64,000 bases of DNA from an uncultured Gemmatimonadales bacterium (GCA_963783385.1 CAWANJ010000007.1:128001-192000); one strand, 5' to 3'; shown: positions 18,108-28,534, numbered from the stretch's first letter. A program made the numbers and translations. The notes: generated by a model not told the origin, from the letters alone.

Positions 18108-19515
18108 CGCTCCCCCACGGCCGCCAGCAGGTTGGCTCGCGCGACCCCGTAATCGTGCAGGGCTTGCGCCCGGTTGGTTCGCGCCTGGGTCACGGCGAGC
18201 TCGGCGTTGTTCAGCTCCACCTGCGTAGACAGCCCGTTCTTGAAGCGGGTCTCTGCGATCTGCAGCGCCTTTTCCGCGCGCTGGACGTTGGCCTGGGACG
18301 CCTGGATGCGCTGCCGCGCCGCGTCCAGGTCCTGGTAGGCCTGCTGCACCTGGAGCCGCACGTTCTCCTCGAGCTGGCGCAGGTGGAACTGTTCCCGCTC
18401 CTTCTGGGCCGCCGCCTGCTGCACCTCGCCGGAGCGCTTGCGCCCGTCGAACAGCGGGACGCTGAAGTCCAGGCCCGCCGTGGCGCTCTGGGCGAAGTCC
18501 TGCCCGGGCGGCAGCAGCTCGCTGGACGACGCCTGGCGCGTGAGTCCCGCGATCAGCTTGAGGACGGGCAGGGAGGAACGCTTCTGCGCCGTCAGGTTCT
18601 CCTCCTGGAGCTGCACGCGCACGCGCTGCGCCTTGAGGTCGGGACGCGCCCGCTCGGCCAGCTCCATGTAGCGCTGGAGGCTGGCCGAGTCCGAGGGGGT
18701 GGGGAAGCTGTCGGTGAGCACGAGCGTCCTGTCGAGCGGCAGGCCGAGCGTCCGCTTGAGCTGGTTGCGGCTCAGCGCGTACCGGTTCCGGGCCTCGATG
18801 AGGGGGGACGCAGGTTGTCGACCTCCACCTGGGCCGTGAGCAGATCGAACTCCGACCCCGTGCCCGCCTTGTAGAAGTCCTGCACCTGGTCGAGCCGCCG
18901 CTGAGCCTGCTCGAGCGCCTTCTCCTGCACGTCGACCAGCGCTCGGCCGAGCAGGACGTCGTAGTACGCCGTCCGGGCCGCCAGGGCCACGCTCGTGCGC
19001 GCCGCCTGCACCTGGTCGGCGCTGGCGTCCCTGCTGAGCCGGGCCGCGGTCCGCGCCGGGCCGAGCGAGAAATCGAGCAGCGTCTGGGAGAGGGTGAGCC
19101 CGAAGCTGTACTGGTTGTCGTTGCCGATCGTGATCTGCTGCACCCCGTTGGCACCGTTGAAGAAGATCACCGGCTTCTGGATGTTGCGCGTATAGCTGAA
19201 GTCGGCGGAGATCTGCGGATAGGCGTCCGCTCCGACCTGCTTGACGATGCCGGCCGCTTCGGCTGCGGTCGCGCGCGCCATGAGCACCTGCTCGTTGCGG
19301 CTCATGGCCATGTCGACCGCCTCCTGGACCCCGAGCGTGATCGTGTCGCCCCGGGGCGCCGCGGGCGCGGTCGTGTCGGGCAGGGCCTGCTGCGCCCGGA
19401 GGCCGCCGGCCGCCGGAGCCAGCGTCAGGGCCGCCGCCAGGAGAGCCGCGGCGGGCCGGCTCGCGGGGCGGGGTCGGTGGAGCCGATCCACCGCGCCGTA
19501 CCATCTCCCAGACAT
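18104..19515 (-). CDS. TolC-family outer-membrane efflux protein (frameshift at G6 18802-18807)
   Basis: N-terminal half in the ORF 18772..21144 frame (AYYDVLL, FDLLTAQVE), C-terminal half in the ORF 18104..19504 frame (VPLFDG, RFKNGLST); one added base restores LRPPLIEARN. Confidence 0.8.
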
Positions 19516-19529
19516 CTCGTCTCCTCTCG

Positions 19530-21122
19530 TCATTCCATCATCACGTCGGGGCCGTCTCGCGGCCCGGAGTGCAGGAAGAATATCAGCGGAATGGCCACCG
19601 CGAACACGACGGCCATCAGAAAGAACACGTGGTTGAAGGAAAGCATCGACGCCTGCCGCGTCATGATCCCGTCCAGCATCCGGTAGGACTTCCGGTAGGC
19701 CAGCTGCGTGCCACCACCCAGCTGCTGAAAGGCGTGCTCCGCGTTCTGGATGAACGAGGACACGGGCCCGCGCGCGCTCGAGAGGTGGCGGGCCATGATC
19801 GCGCGATAGCGGATGCCTCCGTTGTCCAGCTCGGTGGCGGCGAGCGCCACGCCGGCGCTCCCGAACACCCGTCGCACCACGTTGTACAGCCCGGTGGCGT
19901 CGCTCATCTGGTCCTTGCGGAGCTCCGCCACGGCGGCGGTGCTCAGGGCCACGAAGATGAGCGCGAAGCCCACGCCCTGGAGGACCTGCGGCCAGCACAG
20001 GTCCCAGAATCCCACGTTCAGGTTGAGCTGCCCCAGCTCCCAGAACGCGTACGTGCTGATCGCCAGGCCGCTCCCGATGTACACGCGTGGCCCGAATCGG
20101 TTGTAGAACCGCCCGGCGATCGGGAACACGACCCCCATCGCCAGGCTGCGGGGCATGAGGGTGAGTCCGGAGTTGAACGCCGGGTAGCCCAGGAGCTCCT
20201 GGAGGAACAGGGGCAGGATGAAGATGCTGGCGTATAGCCCCACGCCCAGGATCCCCCCGATGATGGTCGCCGAGGCGAAGGGGACGTTCTTGAACAGACG
20301 CAGGTTCACGGCGGGCTCGTCCGAATGGAGCTCCCACCAGATGAAGGCCGCCAGTCCCGCGAAGGCCAGGAGCGCCAGCCACCGGATGAGGTCGGACTGG
20401 AACCACTGCTTGTTGCGCCCCTCCTCGAGCATGATCTGCAGGCAGCTCAGGCCCACCGCCAGGAAGCCCATGCCCGTCCAGTCGATCGACACCTCCCGCC
20501 GTCGCGCGTAGGGCGGGTCCTCGACGAAGCGGTCGACCAGGAAGAGGTTGAGGAGCCCGATGGGGACGTTGATGAAGAAGATCCAGGGCCACGAGTAGTG
20601 GTCGGTGATCCAGCCCCCCACCGTGGGGCCGAGCGCCGGCGCGAGGACGACGCCAATGCCGAAGATGCCCATGGCGGTCCCGCGCTCCTGGGGCGGGAAG
20701 TTCTCCAGGAGGATCGCCTGCGAGAGGGGGATGAGCGCCCCACCGCCCACGCCCTGCAGGATCCGGAAGGCGACCAGCTCGGTCAGGGAGCTGGAGGTGC
20801 CGCACAGGGCCGAGGCCAGCGCGAACAGCATCACGCTCAGCATGTAGTAGCGCTTGCGGCCGATCTTGGCGCTGAGCAGCGACACGAGGGGCATCATGAA
20901 CCCCTCGGTGAGGATGTAGCCGGTCGCCACCCAGGTGATCTGCTCGATGGACGCGCCCAGGTTCCCCTGCATGTGGGGCAGGGCGACGTTCACGATCGAG
21001 ATGTCCAGGACGCTCATGATCGTCCCGGTCATCACCGACAGCGTGACGATCCACTTGCCGTGGGTGGGCGTCCATTCCTCGAGGGCGGGGGAGCCGGCTC
21101 CCCCGGCGGAAGGTCCCGCCAC
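19530..21122 (-). CDS. emrB: DHA2 family MFS efflux permease (EmrB/QacA type)
   Basis: LDISIVNVALP, FRILQGVGGG, LGPTVGGWITDHYSWPWIFFINVPIG. Confidence 0.92.
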   Translation of the reverse strand: MAGPSAGGAGSPALEEWTPTHGKWIVTLSVMTGTIMSVLDISIVNVALPHMQGNLGASIEQITWVATGYILTEGFMMPLVSLLSAKIGRKRYYMLSVMLFALASALCGTSSSLTELVAFRILQGVGGGALIPLSQAILLENFPPQERGTAMGIFGIGVVLAPALGPTVGGWITDHYSWPWIFFINVPIGLLNLFLVDRFVEDPPYARRREVSIDWTGMGFLAVGLSCLQIMLEEGRNKQWFQSDLIRWLALLAFAGLAAFIWWELHSDEPAVNLRLFKNVPFASATIIGGILGVGLYASIFILPLFLQELLGYPAFNSGLTLMPRSLAMGVVFPIAGRFYNRFGPRVYIGSGLAISTYAFWELGQLNLNVGFWDLCWPQVLQGVGFALIFVALSTAAVAELRKDQMSDATGLYNVVRRVFGSAGVALAATELDNGGIRYRAIMARHLSSARGPVSSFIQNAEHAFQQLGGGTQLAYRKSYRMLDGIMTRQASMLSFNHVFFLMAVVFAVAIPLIFFLHSGPRDGPDVMME

Positions 21123-21124
21123 GC

Positions 21125-22294
21125 TCAGCCGCCTCGCCGCTCACGGAGCGCGGCCGCGGCCGTCTTCGATCCGGCGGGCGCGCTGCCGGTCTCCACGTGC
21201 GGCTCGGCCGACAGGCCGGGCCACAGCGGATGGAGCGAGTCGGGGGGCGAGTCGATCCAGATCTTGACCGGCACCCGCCGCACCACCTTCACGAAGTTGC
21301 CGGTGGCGTTCTCGGGCGGCAGCAGGCTGAACACGGCGCCGGCGCCCGGCTGGAAGCTCCCGACGTGCCCCCGGAAGGTGACCCCCGGATAGGCGTCCAC
21401 GTCCACCTCGGCCTCGTCGCCGATCCGGATGTCGTGGAGCTGGGTCTCCTTGAAGTTCGCGTCCACGTAGACGCTGTCCTGACGCACGAGCTGCATGAGG
21501 GGCTGTCCCGGCTGGATCACCTGGCCCGGGTCCACGTCCTTCTGGGCCAGGACGCCATCGGCCGGCGCCACGACCGTGGTCCGGCCCAGCTGCGTTCGGG
21601 CCTGGTCCCGGCCGCTGCGAGCCTGGTCGATGCGGTCCTCCTGCAGCTTGAGCTCGGCCCGCAAGCGGGTCAGGGTGGCCCGGGCCTGCTGGACCGCGGC
21701 CTCGGCCGCCTGCGCCTTCGCGCCGGCCACCTGCGCCGCCGACTGCTTGTGGTCGAACTCGCTCGGCGAGATCGACCCCGCCTTCAGGAGCCCGGCGTAC
21801 CGGCGCCGGTCCGAGTCGGCCAGGGCCGCCTCGGAGCGGGCGGCCTCCAGGTTGGCGCGGGCACTGGCCAGGGCCTTCTGCTGCTCCTCGATCGAGGCCC
21901 TCGTGGCGTCGAGCTGGGCTCGTGCGCTGGACAGCGCCGCCGTCTGCCCGTCCAGCGCGTTCCGATAGTCGGTCGCGTCGATCTCGACGAGGGGCTGCCC
22001 CCGGCGCACGTGCTCGTGGTCTCTCACCCACACGTGGGTCACCCGTCCGGGCACCTCGGCGCTGATCGGGACGATCGTACCTCCCACGTAGGCGTCGTCC
22101 GTGCTCTCGTGGGAGAAGGAATAGACGAACTTCGGCCCCAGGTAGGCCGCCGCGAGGAGGACCAGCGTCAGCGGGACGATGCGGATCGCCCACTTCTTGA
22201 TGGCCGGCCACGGGCCGGGATCCGATGCGCCGGCCTGCCGCGGCGCCTCCCCCTCGTCGCGCTGTGGTTGGCTCACGCTGTCATCCTCGCTCAC
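21125..22294 (-). CDS. emrA: HlyD/EmrA family membrane fusion protein
   Basis: STDDAYV, ANFKETQL, FSLLPPENATGNFVKVV. Confidence 0.92.
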   Translation of the reverse strand: MSEDDSVSQPQRDEGEAPRQAGASDPGPWPAIKKWAIRIVPLTLVLLAAAYLGPKFVYSFSHESTDDAYVGGTIVPISAEVPGRVTHVWVRDHEHVRRGQPLVEIDATDYRNALDGQTAALSSARAQLDATRASIEEQQKALASARANLEAARSEAALADSDRRRYAGLLKAGSISPSEFDHKQSAAQVAGAKAQAAEAAVQQARATLTRLRAELKLQEDRIDQARSGRDQARTQLGRTTVVAPADGVLAQKDVDPGQVIQPGQPLMQLVRQDSVYVDANFKETQLHDIRIGDEAEVDVDAYPGVTFRGHVGSFQPGAGAVFSLLPPENATGNFVKVVRRVPVKIWIDSPPDSLHPLWPGLSAEPHVETGSAPAGSKTAAAALRERRGG

Positions 22295-22794
22295 GATGCC
22301 GTCCCGTTCCCTGCCCGGGTCACGCCCGCGCCGGCGGAGGATCGCCAGGTCTTGAGGCCGGTCTCCATCCGGCTGACGACCAGGTCGTAGAACGCCTCCA
22401 TGCGCTCGAGCCGCTCCACGCCGCCCTCGAACTCCGGTCCGAGCTCGGCGTCCTGCAGGGCGACCCGAGCCTCGCGGGTCACGTCCCGGATCCTGCGGCG
22501 GTGCTCCAGCGACTGCTCGATCAGGTTCCCGAACGGGTCCTCGGGGATCTGGTAGTAGACCCGCTGGTCCCCCGGTCTACCGGTGCGCTCGAGTAGACCT
22601 CGCGACTCCAGGTAGCGGGTACTCATGCTGACGCCTCCGCGGCTGATCTGGAGCGTGCTCGCCAGCTCGTCGCCCGAGCTCGGGCCGCCGCGCAGGACCA
22701 TGTAGGCGAACACCCGAGCCGCCGTCCTGGCCAGATCCTCGCACTGCGTCTCCATGCCGAACCGCTCGACGAACTCCTGGACTGCCGGGTCCAC
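22291..22794 (-). CDS. MarR-like (GbsR family) transcriptional regulator
   Basis: FVERFG..RTAARVFAY, LQISRGGVSMSTRYLE wHTH, RPGDQRVYY; heads the efflux operon. Confidence 0.85.
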   Translation of the reverse strand: MDPAVQEFVERFGMETQCEDLARTAARVFAYMVLRGGPSSGDELASTLQISRGGVSMSTRYLESRGLLERTGRPGDQRVYYQIPEDPFGNLIEQSLEHRRRIRDVTREARVALQDAELGPEFEGGVERLERMEAFYDLVVSRMETGLKTWRSSAGAGVTRAGNGTAS

Positions 22795-22880
22795 CGGCCA
22801 CCTCCTGCCAGGGGTACGGGTCGTGCATCGCAGGGCGCGTCCCGCCCCCGTGTCGGGGGCTCGCGTCCTATTCTCAGGGC

Positions 22881-22913
22881 GTTCAATACTATTTGAACAC
22901 GTTGAATACGCAA
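22881..22913 (-). promoter_or_regulatory. Putative promoter with overlapping palindromic operator
   Basis: Minus strand TTGCGT-N16-TAGTAT; inverted repeat GTTCAA-N6-TTGAAC (22881-22898) straddles the -10. Confidence 0.55.
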
Positions 22914-22992
22914 GGGGTGGGCCATGAACTCCGGCCGGCTCCGGTGGGAACGTCTGCTTTCGTCCCCTGCGGGCCGGACGTAACGTGTCGCG

Positions 22993-23769
22993 ATGCGACT
23001 TCTCGAGCCCGTCCGCTGGATCGGTCGTGGAGCCGCAGCCGTGGCCGCGGTGGCTGGACGTACGGCCGCCTTCGCGGTCGACGTGCTGCGCGCGACGTCG
23101 GAGTTCCGGACCTGGTGGCCCCAGCTCGCCACCCAGACCCGGCGGATCGGCGTCGACTCCGTGCCGATCGCCATGTTCATCGCCCTGTTCACGGGCGTCG
23201 TCCTGGCCCTTCAGAGCTCGTATGCGTTCACCGGGGCCGTGCCACTCTCCTTCGTCGGGACGCTCGTCGGCAAGACGATCATCCTGGAGCTGGGGCCCGT
23301 GCTCACGGGCCTCGTGCTCGCCGGGCGCGTGGGAGCCAACATCGCGGCCGAGATCGGGACGATGCGGGTCACCGAGCAGGTGGATGCGCTCGAGATGCTG
23401 GCCTACGATCCGCTCGCCTACCTGGCCGTGCCGCGGGTCACGGCCGGGCTGATCACCTTCCCGATCGTGGTCGCGTTCGCGGTGGGCATGGGCATCGTGG
23501 CCGGCTGGATCACCTCGACCAGCCTCCTGGATCTCTCCAGCCAGGAGTTCGTGCGCGGCCTCCGCATGTTCTACCGGCCCTTCGACCTGCGTTACGCCCT
23601 CATCAAGTCCGCCAGCTTCGGGGTGGTCGTCACCAGCGTGGGATGCCTGTTCGGCTACACGACGAGCGGCGGGGCGGAGGGCGTGGGACGGGCCACGACT
23701 CGGGCGGTGGTGGTGGCCTGCATGGTGATCCTCGTCCTGGACGCCTTCTGGGCCGTGGTGCTCCTGTGA
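22993..23769 (+). CDS. mlaE: MlaE family ABC permease
   Basis: ELGPVLTGLVLAGRVGANIAAEIGTMRVTEQVDALE; GGAEGVGRATT. Confidence 0.95.
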   Translation: MRLLEPVRWIGRGAAAVAAVAGRTAAFAVDVLRATSEFRTWWPQLATQTRRIGVDSVPIAMFIALFTGVVLALQSSYAFTGAVPLSFVGTLVGKTIILELGPVLTGLVLAGRVGANIAAEIGTMRVTEQVDALEMLAYDPLAYLAVPRVTAGLITFPIVVAFAVGMGIVAGWITSTSLLDLSSQEFVRGLRMFYRPFDLRYALIKSASFGVVVTSVGCLFGYTTSGGAEGVGRATTRAVVVACMVILVLDAFWAVVLL

Positions 23770-24506
23770 TCCGGCTGGAAGGTCTCACCCGCTCGTTTGG
23801 AGACCTCCACGTCCTGCGCGGCTTCGACCTCGAGGTGAGCACCGGTGAGACGGTGGCCGTGATCGGCCGCTCGGGCGAGGGGAAGTCCGTTCTCCTCAAG
23901 CACGTGGCCGGCCTCATGCAGCCGGACAGCGGTGAGGTGTGGATCGGGGACGAGCAGGTGACGGGGGCCGACCGGGAGAGGATTCGCCGGCTGCGGCTCA
24001 GCATGGGCTACGTGTTCCAGTCGTCGGCCCTGTTCGACTCGATGACCGTGGCGGAGAACGTGCGCCTCGCCCTGCGGCGCCACGGCACGCCGGCGGCGGA
24101 GATCGAGGGGCGCGCGCGAGACAGCCTGGAGATCGTGGGGCTCGGCGGCTGGGAGGACCGCTACCCGGCGGAGCTCTCGGGGGGCATGCGCAAGCGCGCG
24201 GGCGTCGCCCGGGCCGTGGCGCCGCGCCCGACCTATCTTCTGTACGATGAGCCGACGAGCGGTCTCGACCCGGTCACCACCTCGGTGATCGACGAGCTCG
24301 TGCTGCAGCTCAAGGAGGACCTGCGGGCCACGAGCATCGTGGTGACGCACGACATGCGGAGCGCGTGCCGCGTCGCGGACCGCATCGCGCTCCTCCGGGA
24401 GGGACGCGTGTCCTGGCTCGGGACGCCCGAGGAGATCGAGCGTACGGATGATGCGGCCGTGAAGGCGTTCGTGGAGGGAAGGCGGGACCTGTGGCCGGGC
24501 GAGTGA
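23766..24506 (+). CDS. mlaF: MlaF family ABC ATPase
   Basis: GRSGEGKS, LSGGMRKR, LLYDEPTSGLDP; GTGA overlap with mlaE. Confidence 0.93.
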   Translation: MIRLEGLTRSFGDLHVLRGFDLEVSTGETVAVIGRSGEGKSVLLKHVAGLMQPDSGEVWIGDEQVTGADRERIRRLRLSMGYVFQSSALFDSMTVAENVRLALRRHGTPAAEIEGRARDSLEIVGLGGWEDRYPAELSGGMRKRAGVARAVAPRPTYLLYDEPTSGLDPVTTSVIDELVLQLKEDLRATSIVVTHDMRSACRVADRIALLREGRVSWLGTPEEIERTDDAAVKAFVEGRRDLWPGE

Positions 24507-24558
24507 GGGGCTCGGCGAGGCCCGGCCCGGAGAGGTCCGGCGGGGAGGGCTCAGAACG

Positions 24559-25545
24559 ATGAAGCGACGCGACGAGATCATCACGGGCGCCTTCGTGCTC
24601 CTCGGCCTGGCCGTCATCGTGGTGGGAGGGCTGTGGCTGTCGCGCTCGCGGCTGAGCGGCGACTTCCGCACCCTCACGGCGCGGGTGCGGACGGTCGGCC
24701 AGCTCCGACCGGGCAACGTGGTCACGCTGCGCGGCGTCGAGATCGGCCGCGTGCAGACCGTCCAGTTCGCCCGCTCGGGCGTGGACGTCGTCCTCCGCGT
24801 TCAGACCGACGCGCCCCTGCCGAGCCACCCCGCCGTCCTCCTGCGGCCGCGCTCGCTGTTCGGCGAGTGGGGCGCCGCGATCGTTCCGGCCGGGAGCCGC
24901 GCCGGCATGGGCCAGGACTCCATCCCGCGTCCCGACAGCGTCCTGCCCGGGCAGACGGCGACCGACTTCGCCCAGCTCAGCGACTACACGGCCGAGATCG
25001 CCTCGAACCTCCAGACCATCACCCAGCGCGTCGAGGTGGCGTTCAACAAGCAGACGGCCGCGAATCTGGCGCGATCGATCGACAACTTCGAGAAGGCGAG
25101 CGCCGACCTGGTCGACCTGCTCGGACGGCAGCGCCAGAGCTTCGGGGGCTTCGCGGAAGACATGGCGGCGGCCGGCCGCACCGTGCGCCAGGCGAGCGCC
25201 GATCTGGATTCGACCCTGGCGCGGCTGGAGGAGGCGACGCAGGGCGGACAGCTCCAGGACATCTTCGCGAACGTCCGGAAGGCGTCCGGGTCCATGACGG
25301 ACGTGGCGTCGCAGATGCAGACGACCATGGGCCACGTGAACCACGTCGCTACCCGGGCCGACAGCGTGCTGGGCCAGTTCAACTCCCTCGTGGCCGGCGT
25401 CAACGCGGGCCGCGGCTCCCTGGGGCAGCTCGCCAACGACCCGGATCTCTACGAGAATCTGGCCTCCACCCTGGTCGAGCTCCGGTCGCTCCTGGACGAG
25501 CTCAAGCGCAACCCGGGCAAGTACTTCAAGTTCTCCATCTTCTAG
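24559..25545 (+). CDS. mlaD: MlaD/MCE family protein
   Basis: TM helix, LRPGNVVTLRGVEIGRV, GSLGQLANDPDLY..NPGKYFKFSIF tail. Confidence 0.88.
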   Translation: MKRRDEIITGAFVLLGLAVIVVGGLWLSRSRLSGDFRTLTARVRTVGQLRPGNVVTLRGVEIGRVQTVQFARSGVDVVLRVQTDAPLPSHPAVLLRPRSLFGEWGAAIVPAGSRAGMGQDSIPRPDSVLPGQTATDFAQLSDYTAEIASNLQTITQRVEVAFNKQTAANLARSIDNFEKASADLVDLLGRQRQSFGGFAEDMAAAGRTVRQASADLDSTLARLEEATQGGQLQDIFANVRKASGSMTDVASQMQTTMGHVNHVATRADSVLGQFNSLVAGVNAGRGSLGQLANDPDLYENLASTLVELRSLLDELKRNPGKYFKFSIF

Positions 25546-25728
25546 CGACGAGACGGCCTCCCCCGCCCTCCCGTACGCCGTCAACCCCGGACCGGCCGGT
25601 CGCCCGACCGGCCGGAATCCCCTCCCGGGCTCCGCGACCCTCCGGCATCGTAGCCGCCGAGTCCGTCCGCCGATCCCCACCCGGGCCGGCGGGCGTCAGG
25701 CAGGGACGCCACTCGCAGGAGGCAGCCG

Positions 25729-26130
25729 ATGAGCCGCTCGGTCAATCGCGTGACGCTGGTGGGGAACGCCGGATCCGATCCGGACGTTCGGGAAACGGGC
25801 AAGGGGACCAGGGTCGCGCACGTGTCGCTGGCCACGAACCGACGCTACGAGGTGGACGGCCAGGAGCAGCGCCGGACGGACTGGCACCGCCTGACGTTCT
25901 GGGGCCGCGCGGCCGAGGCCGCCGAGCTCTACCTGCGTAAGGGGAACCGACTGTACGTGGAGGGACGCATCGAATACGGGTCCTACGAGCGCGACGGCGT
26001 GAGCATCCCGACCGTGGACGTCATCGTCCAGGACTTCGTGTTCCTCGACGCCCGCGTGCCCGAACCGGGCGCGGAAGGGGCCGGCGATCCGGTGGGCGAG
26101 GAGAGCGAGGCGGCGGCGCTGGTCGACTGA
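25729..26130 (+). CDS. ssb: Single-stranded DNA-binding protein
   Basis: SVNRVTLVGN, SLATN, TDWHR, YLRKGNRLYVEGRI; AGGAGG RBS. Confidence 0.93.
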   Translation: MSRSVNRVTLVGNAGSDPDVRETGKGTRVAHVSLATNRRYEVDGQEQRRTDWHRLTFWGRAAEAAELYLRKGNRLYVEGRIEYGSYERDGVSIPTVDVIVQDFVFLDARVPEPGAEGAGDPVGEESEAAALVD

Positions 26131-26136
26131 GCTCGC

Positions 26137-26164
26137 CGGGCGGGCGCCGCCCGGCGCCCGCCCG
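26137..26164 (+). terminator. GC-rich hairpin after ssb (no U-tract)
   Basis: Perfect 12-bp inverted repeat CGGGCGGGCGCC-gccc-GGCGCCCGCCCG. Confidence 0.4.
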
Positions 26165-26237
26165 CTCCCCCGCTCGTTGCATAGCTCCGCCGGCGGCAGC
26201 ACATTGAGGCTTCTCGTCCCGCCAGCCAGGAGAGGTC

Positions 26238-27237
26238 ATGTCGGGGGGCCCTTCGTCGCCTCGTCCCAGCCCGTCGTTCGACGTATCGCAGGCCGGCGAG
26301 ACCGCGACGGAGACGGCGGAGGAGCCTCTCCTCGCCGCACCGGAGCGGAGCACGAGCGTCCTCATCGTGGGCGGAAGCGGGTTCCTGGGACGCCATCTCC
26401 TTCCGCGCCTCCTCGGACGAGGGCACCGCGTGCGGGCCGTGTGCCGCCGGGGGGCTCCGCGCGGCGGCCACGTGGCGCCGGGCCTCGAATGGATCCCGGT
26501 CGACATCACGTCGGGCTCGGGAGTTGGATGCGGCCGTGCGCGCGTGCGAGGTGGTCGTGCACCTGGCCGGCGCGCTCGCGGCGGGCGGGGACGAGGCGCG
26601 GCGCCTGGACGTGGACGGCACCCGCAACCTGGTGGAGGCGGCGCAGCGAGCCGGAGTCCGGCGGATCGTCTACGTCAGCGCCCTCGGGGCCCGGGACGCG
26701 AACGGGCCCTTCGCGGCTCGCAAGCGCGAGGCCGAGCGTTGGGTGCGCGCGGGCCGGGCGGAGCACGTGATCCTGCGCCCCTCGCTGGTCGTGGGACCCG
26801 ACGACCACGTGGTCTCGGTGCTGGCCCGCGCCCTGCGGAGAGGGCCGCTTTTCGTGGCGGCCGGCCGGCCGGACGAGGGGGTGGTCCAGCCGGCCGCGGT
26901 CGAGGACGTGGCCGAGGCGCTGTGCCAGGCCGTGGAGAGGGCGGACATCGCGGACGCGACCCACGAGCTGGCCGGCCCCGACGTCCTGTCCCCGACCGAG
27001 GTCATCGGGGCCGTCGCCCGGCGCCTGTCGCTGGCCCGGCGGGTGGTGAGGTTGCCCCGGTGGAGCGGTCGGAGGCTGGCCGCGCTGGCCGACAGGACGG
27101 GGTTGTCCGCCCCCTCGGCCCTGTCGGCGCTCCGTGTCCTGGCGCTGCCGGGGGCCGTGGACGGGGCGGCGGCCCTGAGGCGGGTGTTCGGGCTCGAGCC
27201 GCTCCCGTTCGCGGTCGCCCTGGACGACTACCTGTGA
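26238..27237 (+). CDS. NAD-dependent epimerase/dehydratase (NDUFA9-like SDR), frameshift near 26519-26521
   Basis: GGSGFLG Rossmann motif in one frame; VVHLAG, YVSALGA and ILRPSLVVG continue in the +1 frame. Confidence 0.8.
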
Positions 27238-27249
27238 CGAGGTGAGGCT

Positions 27250-28527
27250 GTGAGCGGCGAACAGCGGGGAGGGGCGAGCCGGACGTGGCCGTCGTGGCCG
27301 CAGGCGGCGATCATCCTGATCGCGTTCGTCGTCCTGGCGGTGAGCGTCCGCAGCGTGCTGTCGCCCTTCGTGCTCTTCCTCCTCTACCTGTACCTGGCGT
27401 GGCCGCACCAGGCCTCGCCGTTCGTGGCGCGCCTCACCGTGGTGGCGGTGGTCCTCACCCTCCTGTGGGTCGCCGAGCGGGCGGGGCTCCTGCTGGCGCC
27501 CTTCGTCCTGGCCTTCCTCCTGGCATACGTGCTGGACCCGGTGGTCGACCGGCTGCAGCGCCTCGGCCTCCCCCGCTCTGCGGCCGTGGCCCTCCTGGCG
27601 CTCCCGCTGGCCGGCGTCCTGGCGCTGATCATCTTCGTCCTCGTTCCCGCGGTGGCCAACCAGCTGTCGCAGCTCATCGCCAACGTCCCCATCTACCTGC
27701 GGACGCTGAACCAGTGGCTGGAGAACGTGCGGGCCTGGATCATCCGGCTGGGGATCAAGGGGATCGACGAGCGCACCCTGCCCACCCTGAGGGACATCGA
27801 CGCCCAGTCGCTCGTGCAATACCTGCAGCGACGGCAGGCGGAGGTCGCCTCGGGGGGGCTGCAGGCGATGCTCGGCATCGGCCGGGGCATCGGGGCGGTG
27901 CTCACCGTGGTCGGGTACTTCGTGCTCCTCCCGATCCTCACCTACTACCTCCTGCGCGACTGGGGCGCCCTCCGCGGGCGGATCGAGGAGCTCCTTCCGC
28001 GGGACGACCGGGACCGTGTGGTCGCCATGGTCGGCGAGTACGATCGGCTCCTGGGCCGCTACCTGCGGGGCCAGGTGCTGCTGGCCTCCTGCGTGGGCGT
28101 GATCATCGGCGTCGGCTTCTGGATCCTGGGCTTCCCGTACGCGCTCCTGCTGGGCCTGCTGGCCGGCGTCCTGAACTTCGTGCCCTATCTGGGGCTGATC
28201 GCCAGCCTGCTGACCGCGGTGCTCATCGCGCTGTTCAGCGGGCACTTCCTGGGCGGGCTGCTCAAGATCGCGATCGTGTTCGGGGTGGAGCAGGTGCTGG
28301 AGAGCATCCTGGGTCCCCGGATCGTGGGGCAGTCCGTCGGTCTGCACCCCGTGTGGGTCATCCTGTCGCTCGCCCTGTTCAGCTTCTTCTTCGGCTTCGT
28401 CGGTCTGCTCCTTGCAGTCCCGGCCGCCGTATTCCTGAAGCTGGTGCTGGCGGCGGCGCTCCGGCGGTACCAGGTCTCGCGGTGGTTCCGCGGCGGGCCC
28501 GCGGGCGAAGCGGTCGAACGAGACTGA
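27250..28527 (+). CDS. AI-2E family transporter
   Basis: PFVLAFLLAYVLDP, YLRGQ, NFVPYLG, GQSVGLHP. Confidence 0.92.
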   Translation: MSGEQRGGASRTWPSWPQAAIILIAFVVLAVSVRSVLSPFVLFLLYLYLAWPHQASPFVARLTVVAVVLTLLWVAERAGLLLAPFVLAFLLAYVLDPVVDRLQRLGLPRSAAVALLALPLAGVLALIIFVLVPAVANQLSQLIANVPIYLRTLNQWLENVRAWIIRLGIKGIDERTLPTLRDIDAQSLVQYLQRRQAEVASGGLQAMLGIGRGIGAVLTVVGYFVLLPILTYYLLRDWGALRGRIEELLPRDDRDRVVAMVGEYDRLLGRYLRGQVLLASCVGVIIGVGFWILGFPYALLLGLLAGVLNFVPYLGLIASLLTAVLIALFSGHFLGGLLKIAIVFGVEQVLESILGPRIVGQSVGLHPVWVILSLALFSFFFGFVGLLLAVPAAVFLKLVLAAALRRYQVSRWFRGGPAGEAVERD

Positions 28528-28534
28528 GGGGCGG

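Noticed and set aside
18802-18807. TolC G6 frameshift as programmed frameshifting or phase variation
   Set aside because: Short run in an otherwise intact operon; a homopolymer sequencing error is more parsimonious and cannot be excluded without reads.
26519-26521. Frameshift in the epimerase gene as recoding
   Set aside because: No slippery heptamer or stimulator seen; likely a single-base error.
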